Positions 45,530-53,014 of a stretch of DNA of 53,014 bases are shown here, piece after piece. Position 1 is the stretch's first letter; every line of letters starts with the position of its first letter. The stretch is from a virus (Duplodnaviria > Caudoviricetes). The notes under the pieces are model-generated. The model saw nothing but the letters and a program-made list of their open reading frames with translations. It did not search any database and had not been told where the DNA came from. The position numbers and the translations under genes are program-made. The stretch lies in IMG/VR virus record IMGVR_UViG_3300042914_003037, positions 1 to 53,014 of that record; one strand, written 5' to 3'.

Positions 45530-47788
45530 TTAGGCTGGGATCTCAGTTTCCCCAAAATCATTAACTTCAACAACATCATCTCCTTCACTTAATTCTCGAA
45601 CGTGTATCCATTTTTTCTCATTATCGCGATTAACCAACAATCTATGATTATCGGTGAGTTTAACTATTGAGCCATCTTCAAATATAATCTCATTAACAGA
45701 AGCCATCCCGTTATAATATATACTGGTTATAGAATCTGCATTTCCGTCCGGGCCGACAACAGAAATCTCATCTATTTCGTGATGTCCAATTAAATTAGTG
45801 GACTCTATCAATTCCCAATTCAATCCAGCTTTTTCACATAATTCGTGAAAATTTGGCAACGTTCCGTCTAAAGTATTTATCTTATCTTCCCAAGAATGAC
45901 AACTTTCTACTGGTGCAATAGCCATCAGTGTAGCATTTCTAATGCCAGATTTCAACATTCTTAAGCGAAGAGATTCCCAATCCAACGAAGGAGTAAAGTC
46001 AGTTAGATCGTTTACTCCTTCTGCTCTACGCTCCCAAGGGAATACTCCGCGACCATACCAAGTATGTTCGCTACGCTTGCAACTGCCGCGCTCTTCGGCC
46101 AATTCAATACTGGCTTCTGTTAGATAATAAGCCTGATGTTCCATCCAACGTTTTACTTCTGCAAGAGCTTCGGGTGTTCCGTATTTTAGTCCACGCTTGG
46201 CATGCCAGTAAGCCAAATTAGTGATACCAATTCCCAGAGGTTCAAATTCTTGGTTTGCCAATTTACTTTGAACTGACAGAAAATCTTGATATCCCAATAA
46301 ATTACTAAGACTTCTGACTAAGATTCTACAACTCTTACGCATATCTTGAGGGTTACGGAAACTTCCCCAATTTTGACTTCCTAAAGTGCATAACGCGATT
46401 CTTCCGTTTTCATCCTCTAAACGTTGAAATGGACGAGTAGGTAGTAGAATTTCTGCACATAAATTGGACATGTATACTGTATCAACTTCAGTATTAAATG
46501 GTCCTTGATTTATAACATTGTCGATATTTACAAAATAAATTCTGCCAGTGTCAGTGCGTTCTTTTATGACTGCATTCTTGAATATTTCGTCTGCTGCAAT
46601 TACTCGCTTTTTCTTTGTTTTGTCTGACTCATACTTTAAGTATAGTTCTTCAAAGCGACTTACATTTTTATAGTATGCTTCGTATAAATCTGGAACTTCA
46701 TGCGGATCAAATAGCGTAATGTTTTCTCCATTCTTGTATCTTCTCCAGAACATCTTACTTATTACTACACCATAATCCAATTGTCTTACGCGAGTTTCTT
46801 CTGTTCCCTGATTATTCTTCAATCGAATGAAGTCTTCAAACTGATAATGCCAAATAGGAAGATAAACGGTACAACTTGCATTTCGGATTCCACCCTGACT
46901 GCAACTACGCAAATCTCCATACCACTTCTTCAAGAAAGGAATTAGTCCAGTGTGTTTGATTTCGCCGTTTCTAATTGGTGAACCCACTGGTCTGATTCTT
47001 CCAATTTCTAATCCTATGCCGGCGCGCTTGGACGCATACTTGGCCATCATTTCGCCGGCGGCAAATATGCTATCAAGCGTGTCATCACTACTGATAAGAA
47101 CACAACTACTAAATTGTTTGGTGTTAGTTCCAAGACCAGCAAGAACAGGAGTAGCAAGTGTAAATTGACCTTCACTGGCACACTCATAGTATTCTTTTAC
47201 ATACTTTAATCTTTTTTCTTTTGATTCTGCGTGGAATGCAGTTGCCGCAGCGATAGCATACCGTATCTGTGGAGTTTCGTATATCTTACCCGTGCTACGA
47301 TTTTGCACAAGATATTTTTCGCATAACTGAGCAATCGCGGCATATGTATATCCCTCGTCCTTACTGTGATCTATAAACAGATCAATAATATCCCACTCTT
47401 CGTGTGTATACCACTCAAGTAAATCCGCAGTATACACCCCGAGTTCTACATTTCGTTTTACGATATCGTATAACTTCGGAGGATCATAGTCATTGTAAAC
47501 TTCTTTTCTAAGCATGCTGACTCTCTGTCTTCCGGCAACATACTGATAATTTACATTATTGATTTCTTGATTTTCTGATTCGTCAATCAAATCAACCATT
47601 GCTTTTAACAACAATTCATCAATAGTTGAAGTTTTGATTCCATCGTGAAATTGAATTTGTGCTCTGATTTCTATCATGCTGGCACTTACTCCATCTATTC
47701 CTCGGCATGCATGTGCTACTTGCCGCTGAATTTTGGAAATATCTAATTCTACCCTTGCGCCATCGCGCTTGATAACATGTATTGTCAT
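45530..47788 (-). CDS. nrdA: NrdA N-terminal extein fused to split intein N-fragment (123 aa)
   Basis: ATP cone VIKRDG, QFSSC, SNLCAEI, LCTL, AIAPVES|CHSWED...LTDNHRLL...VRELSEGDDVV. Confidence 0.94.
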   Translation of the reverse strand: MTIHVIKRDGARVELDISKIQRQVAHACRGIDGVSASMIEIRAQIQFHDGIKTSTIDELLLKAMVDLIDESENQEINNVNYQYVAGRQRVSMLRKEVYNDYDPPKLYDIVKRNVELGVYTADLLEWYTHEEWDIIDLFIDHSKDEGYTYAAIAQLCEKYLVQNRSTGKIYETPQIRYAIAAATAFHAESKEKRLKYVKEYYECASEGQFTLATPVLAGLGTNTKQFSSCVLISSDDTLDSIFAAGEMMAKYASKRAGIGLEIGRIRPVGSPIRNGEIKHTGLIPFLKKWYGDLRSCSQGGIRNASCTVYLPIWHYQFEDFIRLKNNQGTEETRVRQLDYGVVISKMFWRRYKNGENITLFDPHEVPDLYEAYYKNVSRFEELYLKYESDKTKKKRVIAADEIFKNAVIKERTDTGRIYFVNIDNVINQGPFNTEVDTVYMSNLCAEILLPTRPFQRLEDENGRIALCTLGSQNWGSFRNPQDMRKSCRILVRSLSNLLGYQDFLSVQSKLANQEFEPLGIGITNLAYWHAKRGLKYGTPEALAEVKRWMEHQAYYLTEASIELAEERGSCKRSEHTWYGRGVFPWERRAEGVNDLTDFTPSLDWESLRLRMLKSGIRNATLMAIAPVESCHSWEDKINTLDGTLPNFHELCEKAGLNWELIESTNLIGHHEIDEISVVGPDGNADSITSIYYNGMASVNEIIFEDGSIVKLTDNHRLLVNRDNEKKWIHVRELSEGDDVVEVNDFGETEIPA

Positions 47789-47800
47789 AATTAGTCTTGA

Positions 47801-50800
47801 TTACAAATTAGTAATATTGAATTTTAACTCGAATGTGTATGGTCGTTGAATGGAATTCACATTTTCACCATTTCGTGTGCTGTGAACTCCGATATAATAA
47901 CTATATGTTTTACTTTCGAAATTCACGTTTGTAAAATCTTTCGAATTAGTCGGTCTTTGTGGAGTTCCAGAGATGAAGTATTTGAAAAGATCGAGACCGC
48001 CGGCGCGCTGCTGAACCGTGCTCGATATTTTTAATCCAGGAAACAGTGAACTTCTCCACGCATTTTGCTCGCGCCACCCGCCTGAATTAACGAACGTCAG
48101 TTCGAAAGTACGTGAGCCTACGGGATTTGAAAAGTTACCATAATTGGTGTTTCTTTGTATCTTGGGAAGACGAATCCATTGATTATCATCCATTCCATTA
48201 TACATATCAGCGTTTCTAATCCAAAATATCGCACTAAATGGTTGTCCTATAGTCATGCTGGTAGAGAAACTATTTACTGGGTCCCCAGAATCAGGATACA
48301 AAAGAATGCTCGGAGGAACTACTGGCTCTAATTGATTCGGGCGCATTACGCGAGTCATTATTCGCCCAGTGTTGGCAAACCCACCAACTATATTTACATT
48401 TTCACGGTATGCACCTTTGATTCTACTACCGCCCAGCGAGGAAGCATTTCCCGTTGTTGCTGCGGCTGGGTAACAGTCATTGACTGGCTTACATAATTGC
48501 GCATCCCAAGTAAGTTTACCTAAATAATCCCAGTTTGTGTCAATCAATCTGCCATTGACAGGTGGCAAAGTAGGCTCAACCGCTTGTGGCGTTCCACTCA
48601 ATCTATAAGACATTTTGTTATTTGAAATATCTTCTATAGTTAGTTTTAATCCGGGATGTAGAACGAATCCCACGGCGCCGGTGCGATTCCACTGGAGATC
48701 AGGAAGTTGTGAGTTATATGGGCCTAGACCAGGAATATTATTCCAGAATTCGGCGCCCGCGGGATATCCTTCAAATTGTTTGAATCTATTGATCCGTGTA
48801 TCTTCAGTTGTCGGAGACATAGCCGTAACATTATCGATTTCAATTACATCATCAAACGGCTGATTAAAAATCAAATCGTTATCAAAATAACGATCATAAT
48901 TAACGGTTATCGTTCTCTCAGTTATTTGAGGATAATTCGTAATTCTCGATGATTTAGTGATAGGATTATTAGTCACAGTGTCACTTATTGTATAGAGTCT
49001 GTCTTCCTTTAGCAATATTTTTGGGTATGAACACTTCTCTTTTACCGATACTTCATCCGTGACAAATTGTTTTTTTATTGATGAACCTTTTTCCGTGTAT
49101 TCTATTTTTATGTTGGCCTTTTGATATGGAACATTCGGATATCCCCATAGCGTCAAAATGGTATTGTTTGCGGTGGATATTGGGGCTGGTGTAACACCAA
49201 ACGGGAGTGCACCGGGTCGTAAAAAATTATCGGAGGATTCTCTTGCATTCACTGTATATTTTATTCCCGCGGGCAATCCAGTAACATCAACTATATTGAT
49301 TCCAGAAAAAACAAGATGCTGAAGATGTGGCATGTCCACATAAAAATTGCCATCTATTGAAGTTGGAAGAACTGGGGCCGGCAAATTAAATGTTAGTGTG
49401 TTTATACTTTGTTTTTCAAGAATAACTTTGTTACACGCGGTTGGCCCGCTAATAATTTCATTGAAAACATTAGCAACAACATTGTATGTTGATGAAACTC
49501 CCGTCGCGAATGCAACCATTCCATCGATGGTAACTTCAATGTTTGTTCCAACTTTAAGAACATTAAATCTTAAACCCGGAGGCAATCCAGACATTGAAAG
49601 TCCTGTTGCATTTGCAAACACTATCTTATCTGAAATATTAGTGTCAAAATTCAAATTAGTTACTGACATTCCACTTACTAAACTTGGAATCGGACATGCG
49701 CCTAATTCTATTCTTCCCGAGCCGGCGCGAAGTCCCTTTGCGATTGAAGTCTGACAAATGTTTGATGCGTTCTCTGCATCAATGTATAAAGAAAAACTTT
49801 GCCCAGCAACATTGTTTGCAATAGTTCCACTGACAGTTATAGTATAGATGTCTTTATCTAAAGATCCAGCATAGGTTAAACCACTTGGTAATCCAGTAAG
49901 AGTAGCACTGGTGGTATTTCTCAACTGAATAGTTCCGCTATATGGCTGACCGGCTCTCGTAGCGTATATTCTTCTTGATGGGTCTACACCAGGCATCAAA
50001 TTTTCTATGACGACAGGAGTTGGGCAAATTGGCCGCTCTGCCTTGCCAGACCCAACATCGACATTGTTTGCAAATGACGCGATGCAACGACCATTGCCTG
50101 TATTTGCCGCAGATACTGTAATTGTATAATCTGCATTTTGAGTGAGAGTCCCTGTTATTACATATTGAAACCCACCTGTTATATTTCTTCTCGTCCATCT
50201 CAGCCCAGTTGGTAGAGCCCCGAGAGTAGAAGAGGTTGCATTGTTTATAGTAATTGTTCCGTTAAACGGAGTTCCTCTTTTTATAATATTTGGTGTAAGT
50301 GGCTCTACTGTAGGAGTCGTGCAGTTACCCGGAGGTGGGGCCGCAGTCACTGATAAAGTAGAAATAGCAGTAGATGATGATTCTCCGCATTGAATTCCAG
50401 ACGGTTTATTTTTAGCGATTATCTGAAGATTAAAAGTTTGCCCAGCGGAGGTTGGTGTGCCACTTAGTGTGACAGTTGTTCTAAATTCATTTGTTCCAGA
50501 TATTGGTCTAGTAGTAGTGCTGGAAACAGTTAGCCAAGTTGGTCGTCCCGACACTGACACCGAAGTAGAATTATCGATTACGATTGTTCCCGAATATCGT
50601 ATACCAGCCTCAAAAACCGTGCTACTTATTGGCTGAATGTCAGGTAATGTGCATTGAGTGGTCGCCGTTCCAGGCAATACATTGTATGTATTACTAATAT
50701 TTACTAATGTTTGATCACAGACTTGCGCCAATGGTTTATTTATTGCGGTAAAGCTTAATGTAAATTCACCAGAAGTAGTTGGTGTTCCACTAAAAGTAAG

Positions 50801-50983
50801 ACGACGAGTGGAAACCGTTCCAACAATACTAAGTCTATCATTGGTTATAGTCATCCAACTGGGCCTGTTATTGAGATTCAACCCGGTGCAATTTACTATG
50901 TCCATAGTTCCAAAATACGGAACACCCGCTCTGAATACTATGTTGCTTAATGGTTGAACTATTGGGGTTGGACATGCTGCCAT
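47801..50983 (-). CDS. large Ig-like repeat virion protein
   Basis: ~105-aa Cys-bracketed repeats with GLPxGL...ISGTP motifs. Confidence 0.75.
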   Translation of the reverse strand: MAACPTPIVQPLSNIVFRAGVPYFGTMDIVNCTGLNLNNRPSWMTITNDRLSIVGTVSTRRLTFSGTPTTSGEFTLSFTAINKPLAQVCDQTLVNISNTYNVLPGTATTQCTLPDIQPISSTVFEAGIRYSGTIVIDNSTSVSVSGRPTWLTVSSTTTRPISGTNEFRTTVTLSGTPTSAGQTFNLQIIAKNKPSGIQCGESSSTAISTLSVTAAPPPGNCTTPTVEPLTPNIIKRGTPFNGTITINNATSSTLGALPTGLRWTRRNITGGFQYVITGTLTQNADYTITVSAANTGNGRCIASFANNVDVGSGKAERPICPTPVVIENLMPGVDPSRRIYATRAGQPYSGTIQLRNTTSATLTGLPSGLTYAGSLDKDIYTITVSGTIANNVAGQSFSLYIDAENASNICQTSIAKGLRAGSGRIELGACPIPSLVSGMSVTNLNFDTNISDKIVFANATGLSMSGLPPGLRFNVLKVGTNIEVTIDGMVAFATGVSSTYNVVANVFNEIISGPTACNKVILEKQSINTLTFNLPAPVLPTSIDGNFYVDMPHLQHLVFSGINIVDVTGLPAGIKYTVNARESSDNFLRPGALPFGVTPAPISTANNTILTLWGYPNVPYQKANIKIEYTEKGSSIKKQFVTDEVSVKEKCSYPKILLKEDRLYTISDTVTNNPITKSSRITNYPQITERTITVNYDRYFDNDLIFNQPFDDVIEIDNVTAMSPTTEDTRINRFKQFEGYPAGAEFWNNIPGLGPYNSQLPDLQWNRTGAVGFVLHPGLKLTIEDISNNKMSYRLSGTPQAVEPTLPPVNGRLIDTNWDYLGKLTWDAQLCKPVNDCYPAAATTGNASSLGGSRIKGAYRENVNIVGGFANTGRIMTRVMRPNQLEPVVPPSILLYPDSGDPVNSFSTSMTIGQPFSAIFWIRNADMYNGMDDNQWIRLPKIQRNTNYGNFSNPVGSRTFELTFVNSGGWREQNAWRSSLFPGLKISSTVQQRAGGLDLFKYFISGTPQRPTNSKDFTNVNFESKTYSYYIGVHSTRNGENVNSIQRPYTFELKFNITNL

Positions 50984-50994
50984 ATTATTTCCTA

Positions 50995-51432
50995 TTATTT
51001 CCTATTATTTTTTATAGACGATATGTCTATGATTCTTTGTATGCTAAATGTATTTATTCTATTACTTAGCACCGTGTCAGGATGATAATTCAGTATATAT
51101 TTTGCATCGTCAACTAATACTAAATTATGGTCCTCACATTGTTCATCTGCTGCTATTATTAGTTCTATGTTTTCTACATCACAAAACAACAGTGTGTGAC
51201 AAATTCCTAATGCTCGTGTAAAATTACAATATGTATTTTCCGAAAGCATGGTCCATGGGTCAGGCCAATTTTCACTATCAGACCAATGTAAATGATGATT
51301 GACTAGCGGTGTTTGCTGCCACCATTTGTCAATTTTTACGCATTTTTCTTCTAACGATTTTTCTTGTAGATCGTCTCTAAGATGTTTCCATTCTCGTAAT
51401 CTCACGGGATAATCAAGTTGAAAAATGTTCAT
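50995..51432 (-). CDS. conserved phage hypothetical protein
   Basis: RLREWK..R, WPDPWTML.EN.YC...ALG motif. Confidence 0.75.
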   Translation of the reverse strand: MNIFQLDYPVRLREWKHLRDDLQEKSLEEKCVKIDKWWQQTPLVNHHLHWSDSENWPDPWTMLSENTYCNFTRALGICHTLLFCDVENIELIIAADEQCEDHNLVLVDDAKYILNYHPDTVLSNRINTFSIQRIIDISSIKNNRK

Positions 51433-51466
51433 ATTTGGAATCCTATTTCACTGAATCTGTTATGGT

Positions 51467-53014
51467 TTATTGTGCTTTAACTAATTTAATATCGTCTAAG
51501 TATAAGCTGGCTCCGAGCGCCAGTCCACCAGATGCATCATAACTTCCACTAATGAATACAAATCTATATATTCCTGCTTCTTGAGCGGTAATTAATCTGC
51601 TGGCTTTTGTCCAATTAGTAGTCTGACCGTTGGCATCCAATAATTGAATTGTTGCTCCAGTAGTTTCATTTATCAAATATGCATACACATCAAAGTCATC
51701 GCCGCCGCCCTCGGCTTTCCACCAAAATTCCACGGTATCTCCGGCTTGAGGGTTAATGCTGTTTTCACTTATCACATAAGGACCTCGAACTATACCATAT
51801 GGAGCAGATGTTGTTAAACCGCTGCTAACCAAACGCAACACCTTAGTTCCTACTCCTGACGGAGATCCATTGGCGAACTCGTAACTAAAGGTTCCGCCAG
51901 AGAACGATGGTGCGTCACCATATGGTTGTGGAGCACTTACCGGACTTGGTGTAGGATCATTTGGTGTAGGATAATTCAGAATAGTGGCAAATCCATTCAT
52001 ACGTGTAGATTCAAGATATATCTTCCAGCCAGTAATAGTAACTACATTGCCTACCGTACTAATTACGTCAGCGGTTTCAAAGTCACCATTTGCAAACGTT
52101 GGCAATACAGGAGCGGTAACTCTTGTTGTCGTGTGTGTTAAATCTCTAAATGCAGTTCCGCCTGGTCCAGTCACAGTCAAGCTATAGGTAGCAACTGTTC
52201 CAAAGTCCAATGCTCCGCCCAGTAATACTGGTCCAACTGAATTGGCGCTTGAAGTTGATGTGTAATCCTCAACTTTGCTTGCTGAATTAAAAGTTGAACC
52301 AAGAGAATATTCAACTGTCTGCGAAGTAATGTTTCCAGTTGTAGTCCAAGTGGCTTGATCTAAATCTCCAAAAGCAAAAGTGTTGATTACTGGAGCCGCG
52401 TATGTAACAGTTATGTAACCTGTTTTGATTTCATCATCGCTTCCAGTAGAATTAGACGAAACTAGTTTAACTGTATATGTTCCCGGAGTGCTATAGGTAG
52501 TTGTTGGGTTTTGACTTGTGCTATCAGTGACTCCATCATTGTTAAAGTCCCAAGCCCAACTTGTTGGGTCATTGGTTGATTGATCAATAAACGTCACTGA
52601 CAGTGGAGCAACACCGGACGTAGATGATGCAGTGAAATTAGCCACAGGTTTTGGTTTTATTACAGTTATGTAACCTGTTTTGATTTCATCATCGCTTCCA
52701 GTAGAATTAGACGAAACTAATTTAACAGTGTAAACACCGGGAGTGCTATAGGTAGTTGTTGGGTTTTGATCTGTGCTATCAGTAACTCCATCATTGTTAA
52801 AGTCCCAAGCCCAACTTGTAGGTGTATTAGTTGATGTATCAGTAAATGTCACTGATAGTGGGACAATACCAGATGTAGGTGTCGCGGTGAAATTAGCCAC
52901 TGGAGGAGGAATCAAAACAGTTATGTAACCTGTTTTGATTTCATCATCGCTTCCAGTAGAATTAGACGAAACTAGTTTAACTGTATATGTTCCCGGAGTG
53001 CTATAGGTAGTTGT
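51467..53014 (-). CDS. PKD-repeat virion surface/adhesion protein (5' end outside window)
   Basis: PVANFTA..SG..PLSVTF.D.STN.PTSWAWDF..DG...NPTTTYSTPG.YTVKL repeats; 255-bp DNA periodicity. Confidence 0.88.
   Translation of the reverse strand, partial: TTTYSTPGTYTVKLVSSNSTGSDDEIKTGYITVLIPPPVANFTATPTSGIVPLSVTFTDTSTNTPTSWAWDFNNDGVTDSTDQNPTTTYSTPGVYTVKLVSSNSTGSDDEIKTGYITVIKPKPVANFTASSTSGVAPLSVTFIDQSTNDPTSWAWDFNNDGVTDSTSQNPTTTYSTPGTYTVKLVSSNSTGSDDEIKTGYITVTYAAPVINTFAFGDLDQATWTTTGNITSQTVEYSLGSTFNSASKVEDYTSTSSANSVGPVLLGGALDFGTVATYSLTVTGPGGTAFRDLTHTTTRVTAPVLPTFANGDFETADVISTVGNVVTITGWKIYLESTRMNGFATILNYPTPNDPTPSPVSAPQPYGDAPSFSGGTFSYEFANGSPSGVGTKVLRLVSSGLTTSAPYGIVRGPYVISENSINPQAGDTVEFWWKAEGGGDDFDVYAYLINETTGATIQLLDANGQTTNWTKASRLITAQEAGIYRFVFISGSYDASGGLALGASLYLDDIKLVKAQ

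Noticed and set aside
43860-47788. nrdA pseudogene or sequencing frameshift
   Set aside because: Both halves carry precise intein termini (Cys1; His-Asn plus Ser+1) and the exteins join seamlessly.
1-52187. Most + strand ORFs in the six-frame track
   Set aside because: They are antisense shadows of - strand genes or tRNAs, without SD or recognisable motifs; only 16798-16965 and 37181-37294 were kept.
1-53014. Stop-codon reassignment as in some jumbo phages
   Set aside because: Known genes are full length in the standard code, TAG and TGA end genes normally, and no suppressor tRNA is seen.

Overview
Fragment of a large T4-like/jumbo myophage genome. Almost all genes are on the - strand. The host is probably a proteobacterium, judged from sigma70 promoters and rrn-type boxA motifs. 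In transcription order (right to left) the window holds: virion PKD/Ig-repeat proteins; a class Ia ribonucleotide reductase locus whose nrdA is fractured by a naturally split intein around a free-standing endonuclease; PAAR, a large virion protein and a SleB-type hydrolase; an ~11.5 kb tRNA/ncRNA array (25.8-37.7 kb); early-gene cassettes behind repeated sigma70 promoters; TilS, an omega-like protein and a DUF2828/vWA (Ro60-like) gene; a LuxR-collagen-papain module; and small accessory genes. The array has about 30 tRNAs covering all 20 amino acids, a group I intron in tRNA-Asn and three endonuclease genes. The most striking features: (1) a leader-peptide attenuator in front of the tRNA array whose 37 codons encode all 20 amino acids; (2) nine copies of a covarying stem/WCAGCAA RNA motif beside the Ro60-like gene and within the array, fused to permuted tRNA domains or anticodon-loop mimics; (3) D-armless tRNA-Arg/Tyr with expanded variable regions; (4) rrn-like boxB-boxA promoters. 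Protein family calls come from motif recognition only. No searches or folding programs were run.
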